Below, in pieces: positions 14,711-28,286 of a DNA stretch of 64,000 nt (position 1 is the stretch's first letter; the number at the start of each line of letters is the position of its first letter). The DNA is from Eledone cirrhosa (Eukaryota): the NCBI GenBank assembly GCA_964016885.1, contig OZ024741.1, positions 187,674,001-187,738,000 of the forward strand. The letters are read 5' to 3'. The notes under the pieces are model-generated. The model worked only from the letters and a program-made list of their open reading frames with translations. It was not told the DNA's origin and did no database searches. Both the position numbers and the translations under genes were made by a program.

Positions 14711-15117
14711 ATTAAAGTGTCAAGTTTGGGTCCAAAATTTCAATCGACCACCTGTGTAGACTATTCGAACCCTAGAGTCGTTATCGGCCACTTTGTGGTT
14801 CCCTATTCCCAATGCCATAAAAAGTGAGGGATGAAATATTGAATAATGGAGTCCTAGTTACACTATTCGTAAAAACAAACACAATGTGGTGGTCACGGTT
14901 GGGAATCCTTTGTTTATAGTGTACTTGGTCATGGTTAAGGTTTGGCACGCAAACACACACACACTACGATAATACTACTGGAAGAGCCTTTGCGTGATTT
15001 CTAAGCATGCTAGAAATAATAGCTGAATCACCCTCAAATCACACTCTAGCCTGCTTACCCACACACACCACAATCAGATATATAATACTCACACACACAT
15101 AAGGCACATATGCATAT

Positions 15118-15149
<32 letters not shown>

Positions 15150-15340
15150 TGTATGTATGTATGTATGTATTTATGTGTGTTTGTATGTATGTACGTACGT
15201 ACGTACGTACGTACGTATCTCGATGAGAAGCATGGTTCTTTAACCAACCTTGAATTCATTTATTTATATGTAAATTCTATATGAAACACATTAAATACTT
15301 TGTGGAACAGCTTTTAAAACTGGATACAGACTATTGCTGT

Positions 15341-15618
15341 AGACGGGCGGTGGAAGCATTTCTGAATGGGAGGGGGGGGGGCAAACTTGGTCAATTTAGT
15401 TATAGTGATTAGTTTAGCTCTTTGCACTCTAAAATGGTCAGAAAACTTCGATATGCGATAAACATAACATGTACATAAATTGTAGCGCATATACAACAAA
15501 TAGATGTGTGTTTTTGGTAGTTTGGGGAGAAAATATATAGTTGGGGTGGGTGAGGCGGACATGACACCCCCCACCCCCCTACCCCCCCACCCCACGAGCC
15601 CAAGTTACATCGCCCCTG
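15341..15618. mobile_element. possible non-autonomous DNA element (hAT-like) with G/C-rich subterminal tracts
   Basis: GGGCGGTGGAA...GGGGGGGGGGCA at left, CCCCCC...CATCGCCCCTG at right; TIRs imperfect. Confidence 0.4.
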
Positions 15619-15942
15619 CTGTAAGAGCGAAATAGTCGACTTATATTATTCCTACATTTAAATGAATATAATTGGTTTTTGATTTAGGCACAAGGCCAAC
15701 AATTAACCCCAGTGCATTACTGGTGATTTGACATTGAATTACAGTACTAAAATCGTAAAAGCAAGAAATATTAAAGTTTAATTTTCTGTAATGATAATTA
15801 CCAATTCCACCTATATTGCTGTTTCCTTTTCCTTCATTTTTATTCCCAAGCGTGAACCTAATACGACTGTGTTATTACATTTCTGTATTTGACTCCTTAT
15901 TCTTGAACTATAAACACACACACACAAATATGCTGTATATAT

Positions 15943-16205
15943 AATTGTTTCTACTTTTTTGGCACAAGGCAAATACCCAGCAAAAACCCAGTGCATTACT
16001 GGTACTTTATTTTATCGACCCCGTAAGGATGAAAAATGGTATTAGGTTCAGGCTTAGTGAGAGTGGGGGATATATATATATAAATGTTTCTACTTTTGGC
16101 ACAAGGCCAGCAATTACCCAGTGTATTACTGGTACTTTATTTTATCGACCCCGTAAGGATGAAAGGCAAAGTTAACCTCGGCGGGATTTGAACTCAGAAT
16201 GGCAA
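15943..16205 (-). mobile_element. two SINE S1 copies
   Basis: Reverse-complement S1 consensus twice; the second includes B-box GAGTTCAAATCCC on the minus strand. Confidence 0.85.
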
Positions 16206-16414
16206 GAAGACAACCACACACGAGGGTCATGATTTTTTACTAAACTTGCCTCTATTTCCATTATAGCAAAGGTGCGGACAAGCTGTTTTATGATGCGGCA
16301 AAGTCTTTGACCTCGATTAATGTACCACCGTGTGTGTGTGTTTATGTATCTTACGTAACTGTGTGTGTGTTTATGTATCTTACGTAAGTGTGTGTGTGTT
16401 TATGTATCTTACGT

Positions 16415-16497
<83 letters not shown>

Positions 16498-16541
16498 CGT
16501 GAGTGCTCTGGGTGTACCCGTGCAATGAAGCTGTATGTACA

Positions 16542-16792
16542 TTAATACATAAAGGTGAGCCAACACTTCCCGTGAATATATATAGCGTGCACCCAATGAC
16601 ACCAGATCGAAAATAAACAGTAACTGACTTCAAAACATCCGGAGACCGCTAACGAACACAGGTTTGTTGCTAGCCGCACCCCGATTATTATTGTCAGTAG
16701 CACCAGTAAGAAGAGGAAGGACGTCCTGGCTAGAATAGACCCAGAAAAAAAGACGAGGATGGTCCCAGCTCGAACGCCTTTGATCATAATAT
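16542..16792 (-). CDS. candidate downstream coding exon with a hydrophobic segment
   Basis: Unique, GC-richer sequence after AAGCAG (weak acceptor). A phase-1 join to the exon ending at 20191 gives DIMIKGVRAGTILVFFSGSILARTSFLFLLVLLTIIIGVRL... to a stop. No transcript evidence. Confidence 0.3.
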
Positions 16793-18008
16793 CTGCTTAA
16801 ATACGGCTGAATTCGAGCTAAACACAAATTTAATTAATAACACAAGGCGTTTAGTCCAAATCTTTACTAATCCTGCCTTCAAAGAACACAGGGGAACTCC
16901 TACATGATAGCTCACCCTGCTAAAAATAGCAGCTAAATCTCTTGCAAGCTATAACCCAGAGTTTTCGAAAAAATACACATTGTATGTAGTCCTAGGTTAC
17001 TTGCACGTAACCATCACGTATTTGGAAAATACGTGATGGTTACGTGCAAGAATGCCTTTCAAAATACGTCTGTTCGATCAGGGTCGATTTGTGGCAAAAC
17101 AACAACATCAAGTAATATTGTTTGAAACACGTGTGATCAGGGTTGCCTAACTGAGAAATATGTTTATTTACAAGATTGTACAAAGTTTTTTGTTTGTTTG
17201 TTTTTTAAATGTGGTCTGCTTGTTACTTTAAAATTTTAATTTTCTTTTGAATATCATATCAAATTTTCAAATTAATAAATTAAAACATGTAATTTTTATA
17301 ATATATATTTTTTTAATTTATTAGCAACAATTTCATTTTGCGCTATTTTCTATGATATTGATCAGGTGTCTAAGTTGAGAGAAACTTAGTTCAACAACGA
17401 GACAATAAAATTAAGCAACTCGTAAGAGTACGATTTCACAAGTCAAGTGCTTGGAAATAAGCTTAAAATAACTTACAGCTGTTCTCTCAACATTCTCTAT
17501 TGCTCTTCTACTACTATATTCAACATGCTATGATTGGTTTCTCTTATATTGCAGCGTGTAATATGAATAAATATATATACTGGGAAATTATCAATATGTA
17601 CTTAGTTTTGCTGCGATGTTAGGAGACAACACACAAAAATAATAATGTTAATAAGTAATTATATATAAGTACCGAAACGAAGTATGAGCAACGAAATGAA
17701 ACAAACTCGAGCGTAAATATTTTAGATTGATCCCCAGAATTGTCTGTTTACAAAACAATATCACGTGTTAAATTGGTGTTTTCTTTTTCTCCGTTGAAAA
17801 ATTTCATCACTGAAATATCTCGACATTATCATTTCTTACGTAGTAAACAAAATATACACAGACTCAGATGCATAGGAGACAAATAAGATTGTGTAATATC
17901 CATACCTTTCACAAGCACGATTATCAACTCTAGATCGAACGATGCCACTTGACACAGGAATCTATTATCATATATGACGACCCTAACTTTTCGTTTTCCC
18001 TCTATATA

Positions 18009-18187
18009 CAGATAAAATTCCGTTATAACGAGTATCATTATAACGAATTTTTCAGTATAACGAAATTTTATTCAATCCCCGAGGTAATAACAAACGCTCG
18101 ATTTGTTTCGGTCGATCTCGTTATAAAGAATTTTTCGTTACGACTTTTTTTAAACCCCGTGAATTTCGTTATAACGGAATTTCGCTG
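18009..18187 (-). mobile_element. MITE family M1, copy 2
   Basis: TA-CAGATAAAATTCCGTTATAACG ... CGTTATAACGGAATTTCGCTG-TA. Confidence 0.85.
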
Positions 18188-19151
18188 TATATATTAGCTT
18201 GTTCTCCCTCAACAAACACATACATCTGCCTGTCCGTTTGTTGTTGTTTAGCTGTGGGTCAACTTCGATTAAATAGACTTATGGCCGAAGCCGATCATTT
18301 CGTATTTTCAATGACATTGTGTCCTTTTCTTACTTACGATGGCCAGGTATGGTTTCGGGGAGATTTGGCTGCTATTTCTAGCTAGACCATCGGCTAGGTT
18401 TAAAGAAAAGTTGTACAATAAACTGTTATGACAGTTGGTTGGTGTTAGTAACTGCTGTTACCAAGCAATTTTACTATAGCTACTACTACAACACATAAAC
18501 ACACGTCCGCATATATTTTGAGTGTTTATTTCGAAGTAAACAGTCACTATAAATAAATAATATCTATTTTTCTGACTACTTTACAACTAGTATTGTGTCG
18601 TTTAGTCAGGTACCTGTTTAATGTACTTTAGTACACATACCCAAAAAGTAAATGAGTCGACTGCGCCCCTTGTTTTGATGTATGAATGAGTGTGCAGGTC
18701 TTCTTACCACCACATTTTTTTCTCTTCCTTTGACAATAATCATCGTTTTCCCTCCTTTATTAATTCAATTGACAATAATATATCTCTTGTGATTGACACA
18801 TATATGCTAAATATTTACATGAAGTTTCAGTTTAAGCGATTGCTATCTTGGCTGAACAATAAATCGTTTATTTTATTTTTTCTTAGATAAATGATGTTTC
18901 GATATTTCCTCCATAGAATTTTATGTTTGTTTAGTTTGAAACAATAACGTTGCTAAGTTTATTTAATGAATACTTCAAGAACATTTAGGTTCCAAACCTA
19001 ACACTGGGAAATACTAAAAGAATATGAAAAACAAGTTTGATAAAAAAAAAAAAAGCAGGTTAAACTTTAACACGCCCGTTTCTTCTTATGAAAGAAAAGC
19101 TATTCAGGGTATATATTACATGATATATCAAATCATACTAATTACACACAC

Positions 19152-19209
<58 letters not shown>

Positions 19210-19474
19210 GGAATAGAATGAAACGAAATTTCATTTCTCACTCTTAGTAGTGCACTTACTTAAATGTAAGTATGTATACGTACATACATATATGTATACA
19301 GACGTACAGTAGTAAGTATATATATATATACATACTACTGTACGTCTGTATACATATATGTATGTACGTATACATACATACATACATACTTATATATATA
19401 TGAGTGTGTGTTCTGTATATATATATATTTATCCTTATCGAGCCCTCTTTGGATTTTAGTCTTCACATTTATAT

Positions 19475-19522
<48 letters not shown>

Positions 19523-19912
19523 TTTTACTTTACGCGCGACGAACAATCTGAACTTCAAAATCCCATTTCTTGAATTAAAAGCATATTTTCGGTGAATAAG
19601 TTGTATTTTTTATCCCAAAATTTAATATACAAGACTGGGTACGTCATATACACAAAATAAAAATCTTAACTACTCCTATAACTTTTTTCGTCAAAATAAG
19701 TGTGACTTATATTCAACAAAATACGGTAGCTTTAATTTCAGGTACCCACCAAACTGGCATTTAATTATTTTTTTTCTGTATTTTATATTTTTGTTCAGAA
19801 AGTTAGAAAAACGAGAAAAACTGAAGAAAATGGAATTATAAGAAAGGAATGAAGAAAGAAAGAAAGAAAGAAAGGAGATAAAAAGAAAGACTAGATAATA
19901 GATAATAGATAG

Positions 19913-19987
<75 letters not shown>

Positions 19988-20014
19988 TATTTCTTTATTT
20001 ACCATAAAGGCATT

Positions 20015-20059
<45 letters not shown>

Positions 20060-20075
20060 GGAGAGAGAGAGAGAT

Positions 20076-20171
<96 letters not shown>

Positions 20172-20190
20172 GTATAAAATGTTTGCCTAC

Positions 20191-20672
20191 CTGTTGAGCT
20201 GATGATCGCTCTGATGCTGGACTGGTTGTGTAAATGACAGGCAGTTTGAATTCCAAACAACGCACTCGTTCTTCTTAGCATTGGGTATGTTTGGGTTCCG
20301 ATAGTGCGCCGTAATTCCGATCCCCAGCTACAGGAAACTAATATATTTCCCGGCTGGCAACAGTCGGGACTCATTGCGTGGCCTCCTTGGAAATGCGTGA
20401 AGTTGTTGCGAAAGTTTGCCATAAAATGATGGTCCATGCTCATCGGAAAACTGCTCGGACTTCCGTAAGAAGAAGAAGTAGAACCGTTGTTATTGCTTAT
20501 GTTGTTGTTGTTACGATGATGGTGACGATGGTTCATTGTATTCATGTCATTGGTTCTGTTCCTTCTGGCAACCGACGAGATCGGGATTGGACGACTATGT
20601 GATACACCGTGTCGCTGCGAACTCGGGAATGCGCTGTCGCCAATTACCACTTCGTCTTTGGAGAAGACATCG

Positions 20673-20704
<32 letters not shown>

Positions 20705-21314
20705 GCCAACGACGTCGACTACTTCGTCTAAATCATCATCCTCTTCGTCGTTATTATCATTATCAACATCATCAACATCGTCGTCTTCATGTTTATGTAA
20801 ACGTCTGCGGTCGTCGTCGACGACCACATCGTCTTCATCGACGCCGTCGTTTTCGTCAAAGTCATTGGAACTCCTCTCGTGCATCGGGTAATCATTCATG
20901 CTGTCTACACTGCACGAACTGGTCGATATGGTAGCCAGGCCACGACGACGGCCACCGCCACCGCCACCGCCGCCGCCACCGCCACCACCGCCACCACCAC
21001 GACGACGGAAACCACCACCACCACCACCACTACCATCACCGCCGCCGCCTACAGCACCGAGAGCAGCAGTTGGGTTTGATATGGTGAGTGCCTGGAACTC
21101 TTGTTGAAGATGATGATGATGATGATGATGATGTTGTTGTTGTTGTTGTTGTTGTTGCTGTTGCTGCTCTTGATGCAGTTGCTGTTGCTGGCGAGGGATG
21201 TGTTGTGGGTACAGGTGGGTATGGGGGTGTTGCTGTTCGCGTTGGTGATAGCGGTGAGGGTAGTTTTGACTACCTTCGAAGTATTGCTGGGTGATGCGAC
21301 AAGGGCGAGGATAA

Positions 21315-21352
<38 letters not shown>

Positions 21353-21742
21353 GTATTGTTGTTGTTGTTGTTGTTGTCGTCGTCCTTCCTCACCCTTCTG
21401 CTGCTGCCGCTGTTGATGATGATGATGATGTTGTTGAAGATGTTGTGTATTATCGAAACTGAACTGTGTGGATGGCGATATATTAGAAGGGGACTCATCA
21501 GTGGCATAGCTACTGTCGAAAGATCCCACCGAGGGTGTACAAGGAGTCATATTGGACGAAGTCAGTATAGAGTCGTCGTCGTCGTCGTCGTCGTCGTCTT
21601 CGCCGCCGCCGCCGTCTTCTTCAAAAGAACCAATTGTTGTGTCTTCGACGGCAACTTTTGTTTTGGGTTGGCTGGGTTTTTTATTAGAGTTCAGCGAATC
21701 GTATAATTCTTCACTGATTGTCATTGGGGCAGAATGCATCAT
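20191..21742 (-). CDS. first large coding exon (517 codons, phase-1 donor) of an unidentified, largely disordered protein with polyQ/H/G/D tracts and an RTIGTQT motif
   Basis: CAACT-ATG start, long GC-rich open frame with in-frame triplet repeats, donor CAG|GTAGGC at 20191/20190. An upstream acceptor TTTTCTATTATTTTCAG puts the exon start at 22114. The ORF beyond the donor is intronic microsatellite. Confidence 0.85.
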
Positions 21743-22483
21743 AGTTGAATCAACAAAGAAGATGAAAAACTTCTCTCTGTTCTTTTAGTTCTTTTTAAAT
21801 CAAGTCCTTGAAAGTTAAAAACAAATCACACTAAACTGAACAAATATTGCAAATACTAATGTCTATTTTTTTTTTTTTTTTTTTTTTAATATCAATATTT
21901 AATAACAGAAATTAAATCTAATTTTAATTATTGGTAAATTATTCCTTTTTTTTTTTTTCCACAATAAATTGTCATTGGAAAGAATGGTAAACAAAAACTA
22001 TAACAAATGAGAATAAATATATTTGGTCTGGATGTGTGTTGTTATTGTTGTGAATTTTTTCAAATTAATTTTCCTCAAAATTCCTTCTTTTTTATTCAGG
22101 GTTCACGTTGAATTCTGAAAATAATAGAAAAGGAAATAAATTATAGTGAAGAGGAAGTCGACAAAAAAAAAAAAATTAGCAAACAAAATAGGAGTAAGTT
22201 TGTTGAAGTTTCTTTAAATAAACATACAAAACAAAACTGCTAGGAATGATTGAAGGATATATATATACAATAACAAGACGAACGAAAGTGTGTGGTGTGT
22301 ATGTATATATGTGTGTGTACAACAACATAACCACAAACCAATCACTTAAAAGCAGTAAAAAAGTATGTATGTACCTACATGTGTAAGTATGTATGTACCT
22401 ACATGTATGTAAGTATGTAAACAAACCAAGAGATATGTACGTACTTTCGTGTGCATGTGTATGTTTGTATAATATACGCAGGC

Positions 22484-22547
<64 letters not shown>

Positions 22548-23087
22548 GTGCGTGTGTGCATGTATGTATGTATGTATGTATGTATGTATGTATGTATGAT
22601 GTATGTATGTATGTATGTACATAAACATGCTAAGAGATAACAATAAATATAAACAACTTCTCGATTAATCCACGAATTTTGTATTTAAAAAAAAAAAAAA
22701 AAACGCAAAACTGACGATCAAACTTAATCTTTAAAGTTTCAGATGAAATGTTATTCGTTTAATTTTCAATTTTCTTCTTTCCATCCTTCCAAACAATTTA
22801 AACTGTTAAAATTCCTCGTAGAATAAACACAAAACATCTACATATCTCAATCATTTGAAAAAAACAATTTGTTCGCTCTACATGACTGAATACAATAAAT
22901 GTAATCTGAGTATTCGATTCGTTTGCAATTATGCAAACAAGCCTCAATTTTATAACCATGCCAACACAAAAGCAAGAATGAATAGTTCATTCTACTGACA
23001 TGGCTATAAAAGTGAGGCTTGTTTGCATAATTGCAAACGAATCGAATGTTATTATTAATATTCGAAAAACTCAGATTACATTTACAA

Positions 23088-23212
<125 letters not shown>

Positions 23213-24992
23213 CGTACACAAACACACCTATTCTCCCTTTAAGTTCGAAAGCGCAGCAGAACATTCAACAACACTCTCGCAGGTACGGAGTACCTGAGAA
23301 GGTCCATAGGCACTGCTCATCAATTTAGTTCAGAAAAAAAATATATATATATAACGCATGGACGAAAAATATTGTTAAAAGTTATTAGTAATATTGTTTA
23401 AGTTAAAAGTTATTAACAATAATATTTTTCAAGTATAAAAATATTTTTTTCCCTACGAAAAATAAAAAGGAACGATTTTACGCGTTAAAAAACAAAAACA
23501 TAAGTGTGTACCTTTTTCACTGTTTTATATAATTCCATTGGGTTTTTTTCTGTAACCAAAACTTTTCTCTTTTAAATTAAAAAAGTAAAAGTTGAAGCAA
23601 GTTCGATTAAATGTATTTTGTAATCCAATTATGTGGCGCGTATAACAAAAACAAATTAATAATATTAAGTAATTAATAAATAAAATTGTTCAACTGTTTG
23701 TATAATAAATAGTGTCGTTGTTATTGCGTTAGAAGTCGATAAATTAAGTTTGTGCGTTTATGTTATGTGCTTGGTAGTATATGAAAATATGTGTATCGTC
23801 CTTCGCTCATATATGTATATGTATTATATTCATGAGTCGCGCTGTCTTTCTCTCTTTAAATATATATGTATATCTGGCTTGTAGCTTTTCTTTCTCTTTA
23901 GTCCTCTACTAAAGAAGTTTCCTAAACAAACACCTTGTCACAAATGATTACAGAATGGTAAAAAAACGCTATAAATAACAATAAAATATTACGTCATCAC
24001 CGTAGTGAGTAAGACTTAGAGTAGTGGTGGTGGTGTTGGTGGTGATGGCGAATGTGGCGATGTTGCCGTGTGTACATGGATATGTATGCGCCCGCGTGTG
24101 TGTATATGTGTAACTATGTGTCTGAAAATACACGTCTATGTATGAGTGAGAGCGTGATAGGTTAATAATGATGTTGATGGTGGTGGTGGTGGCGATGGTG
24201 GTGGGGGTGGTATGCCTTATGCGTGTGTGTAAATATGTGTGTGTGTTTGTGTACGCTTTTTTTTTAGTTTACACATGGGTGTGTACAAGAGGGTTTCAGA
24301 GAGTGCGTGCGCGTGTTATTATGCCATGCGTTGTATACTGATGCGTAGCGTGTTTTGTATATACTTACATGTGTGTGCGACTAAGTGTTTGCGTGTGTCA
24401 AAGAAAGACAGACAAAATGAGAGATAGAGAGCGACAGAGTGCGTGCATGTGTTTATGTACGCGTAAACATATGCACATGTGTAGTTATGCACACATTAAC
24501 GATTGGCTCTGCGAGCACGCGCGTGTGAGTGTGCGTATATATGTAAGTTTGTGTGTGTGTGTGTGTGTGTGTAAGCGTGCCGTATGGGTGTGTCTAAGTA
24601 ACTGAGCCCGCGCATGCGTGTACATATATTGTAAGTTTTTGTGCGGGTATATGTCCGTATGTTATTATATTGACCCACACGCGTGTGTGTGTGTGTGTGT
24701 ATGTATATATATATATATATATATAAGAAGGGTAAAAGTGATAGTAAGAGTGAAACTGACGGCGGAAAATATAAAAAACTACAAAAAAGATACAAAACAA
24801 GGTGTGGGAGAGGAATGGTTATTACAAAAAGTTACACTCCGATTATAAATTTGTATGTGATACCCTTACGATGTGTGTAATTTGGTAGGGGTAAATTATG
24901 ATACACAAAAAGTGTTGCAGGTATGTATAACAGATAAATAATTGTTTGAGAAATAATGAGAGGGAAAGGGCAGTATATTTGAGAAAGTAATA

Positions 24993-25084
<92 letters not shown>

Positions 25085-25666
25085 ACAGACAGATAAATAC
25101 ACGAACTTTGTGCGAGGAGGTAGATGTGTGTTTGTGCGTATGTCTCTGTTTGTATATATGTATGTATTATATGTACGTATGTATATCTGTGCGCGCGCGT
25201 GTGTGTGTGTGTGTGCGTGTGTGCGTGTGCGTATGCATATTTGAAAGTGCGATAATATGCGAACACGTCAGCCTTCAGTTTTGAGAGTGGCGCGAAAAAA
25301 AAAAATGCTTTTGTGTTTGTTTTATTGAAAATGAACATAACTCCTTGGTTACACAAATATACACACATACACACACATATACACACATATACATTGATTT
25401 ATCCTCGCACTATCACTTTATTACAACGCCAATAATTCTCTCGAGGATACGTCATTTCCATCACACACACATACACACACATGCACACACACACACATAC
25501 ACTCACAAACAAATACACACATACATACATACATACATACATACATACATACATACATACATACATAGACAATAGCATGCAGACAGACAGACAGACAGAC
25601 AGATAGATATGTTTCTTTATTAGCCACAGGACAGATAGATAGATAAATAGATAGATAAATAGATAA

Positions 25667-25739
<73 letters not shown>

Positions 25740-26242
25740 AATCTGAATCCAAAGATAGTTGTGGTGGTTTGTGTCGATGAAATTCGTATTTATTTATCTG
25801 TATAACAAAGCAAGTAAAATTCCTCTTAATATGTGTGATGATATAAGCTGAAGTTTCGGTTGTTCACGAAAGGAAGTTTCAGTTGTTCACGAAAGGAAGT
25901 TTCGCGTATATCTGTTACACTTAGAACAAAACTTTTGCAGTCAACATAACGATGAAAACTTTCGTATTTCCTTCTACAGGAAATGTTTGAGGCGGGGGGT
26001 TATGACTAAAAGTTATTGCGTGCCCGCGTTACGCGGAAAAGCTTTCCGTCTAACCTTCTGTATTAAACATACAATGACAAAACTTTTTTCTCGTCGCTGA
26101 CGGGATGGAAACTTTCACATCGTGTCGTTAGGGTGTTGCCCTCACGGCCGCAAGGTTGTGAGTTCGATTCTCCGTTGTATCTATGTGCATATATGTCTTT
26201 CTTTCTCTTGAACCGTTAAGATCTTCTTCCTGGATATGTCAA

Positions 26243-26305
26243 TTATTTTATCTGATGAGGGCGTACCAAAGTTTTGGTACCCTTGAAATATATATAATAG
26301 AATAA
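26243..26305 (+). ncRNA. type I hammerhead ribozyme motif (family A)
   Basis: Stem I TTATTTTAT/ATAGAATAA (9 bp), CTGATGA 26252-26258, stem II GGG-C-GTACCAAA/TTTGGTAC-C-CTT, GAAA 26285-26288, palindromic ATATATAT, AUA site at 26296. The downstream ~100 nt is homologous to the reverse complement of 7845-7950 and ends in (TA)n. Confidence 0.8.
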
Positions 26306-26395
26306 ATATGGTTTTATAAATATAGTTTCCATTTATTTAATACCATTGAATATTATACTCCAGAAACTGTCGAGTGCTTCGAATCAGTTATAAAC

Positions 26396-26432
<37 letters not shown>

Positions 26433-26440
26433 CCCTTTTG

Positions 26441-26497
<57 letters not shown>

Positions 26498-26800
26498 TTT
26501 CGAAGGTGGAAATTACAATAATTTTTTTTTTATTCTTTTTCGCAATTTATATTTTGAAATGATTTGTTTCAGTAGAAAATCTGATATTATCTTTAATATT
26601 ATATATTCATTAAAAACATGAAATTTCTGAATTTATATTTAGCCTACGCCTAAAAAGCATTTAATGTTCGTTCGTTAGATCAAAAAGAAAAAAAAACTAG
26701 AATCAAGAATGTATCTGCGTGCGTGTACACATAAATATATTGTTTCATGTAACTTGTTTACATACAGGTGAAAGTAAAGACACGCGCGCGCGCACACACA

Positions 26801-26900
<100 letters not shown>

Positions 26901-26961
26901 GTGTGGGTGTGCTATGTATGTTCATATATACATAGAAACATACAATTACGTAAAGTAACAA

Positions 26962-27068
26962 TAATTGTTTCTACTCTTGGGACAAGGCCAGCAATTACCC
27001 CAGTGCATTACTGGTGCTTTATCTTATCGACTCTGTGAGGAAGAAAGGCAAAGTTAAACATCGGCGGG
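26962..27068 (-). mobile_element. SINE S1 copy
   Basis: Matches the S1 consensus. Confidence 0.8.
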
Positions 27069-27261
27069 TGAAAGTAACAATACTATACGCAAGGTTGCTA
27101 ACTGCTAGACATTTCTACACGTTTCTATAAACTTTACAGAATTATATACACGCGTTCGCACACACAAACAAACACATCATATTATATACATATACACATA
27201 AAATAATATATTTGTTTATTATACAGAGAGAGTTGCGCAAAACTAGGGCAGGGCGCATGTA

Positions 27262-27345
27262 AGGCTGCGTTAAGAAATATTCTTCGTAATGTTTTTTAGT
27301 TCAATCCCATTGCATGGCACCTTGAGCAAGTGTCTTCTACCATAC
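27262..27345 (+). mobile_element. CORE-type SINE fragment (family S2)
   Basis: GTTCAATCCCATTGCATGGCACCTTGAGCAAGTGTCTTCTAC; related copies at 30860-31190, 57424-57580 and 58915-59255. Confidence 0.6.
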
Positions 27346-28089
27346 GTCTTGATTTGAAGAAAGAAGAAAAAAAGCTTCCAACTAAAATTTAGCTGACAGA
27401 AAGGGTTCTTGCTTGGTAAATGAAATGTTACAGCTTACATCAATGCAGGTTTAGCAGACCTCATTACGAGGTTGCATCTCATAGGAAGTTTATTTTACTG
27501 ATAAAGTCCTCTAATGAAAAGCAACGTGAAAGAAAGTCGATCCGATCCAAGAATCGAACTCACGAACTTATGACCGTGAGTCCAACATCCAAACTACTAG
27601 GCCACACACCTTTCTGGCTTGTTAGATTTAATCCGTCACAATGTTTAACACAACCAAATGACTCTCGTGTACCTTTAACGGAACCCACTCTGATATAAGC
27701 TTTCGGACCAGGTCTTCGCTTTGAGAATAATTTCTTCACACCAATTTCTGGGGCCCTGAAAAACGGCTATAGGTGAGTACCATCCTCCTTTGACCGAACT
27801 ATTAAAAAATAATTTCTAACAGATTTACATCTGAATGGTTGAAATGATTTATGCCACTTTCAATGTGTTCTTTATTTTCTGTTTCTTTCTTAAATGTGCT
27901 ATTGTTCACTTTACAAAGACCTCCCTATATGTAGTTAGAGGATTGTGACAAGCTAAATACCCAGATTTTGGGGCACAGAAATCTGTAACCGGTTTACTAC
28001 ATACAAATCATGAGGTATTTTTGTTCGACGCACCTTTATATCATTATTTTTCTCATCGCTATAAGAGCGCGAGCACACACAAGTTCTTA

Positions 28090-28285
28090 TATAGATAGAT
28101 AAATATATAAATTTCTTTATTAGCCACAAGGGCACAAAAGGGGACAAATACAAATGGAGAGTTTACATACAGGTATATGAAAATAAAACTATAAATAAAA
28201 TAACAAATAACAATTGAAATCCCCAATAGGGGGGTGGGTAGGCGTTACACAGGGGTTGTACATACCCCGAAAAAATGTACAAAAT
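28090..28285 (-). mobile_element. 3'-UTR fragment of the L1/Tx1-type LINE
   Basis: Duplicates 28327-28500 (TTTCTTTATTAGCCAC...CCCCAATAGGGGG) with a (TATC)n tail on the minus strand. Confidence 0.75.
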
Positions 28286-28286
28286 A

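Noticed and set aside
19691-20190. C-terminal 166 aa of the 683-aa ORF
   Set aside because: Read-through past a canonical donor into intronic (CT)n/(CTAT)n repeats.
26257-26285. Tiny mariner-like TIR hairpin
   Set aside because: Better explained as stem II of the family A hammerhead.
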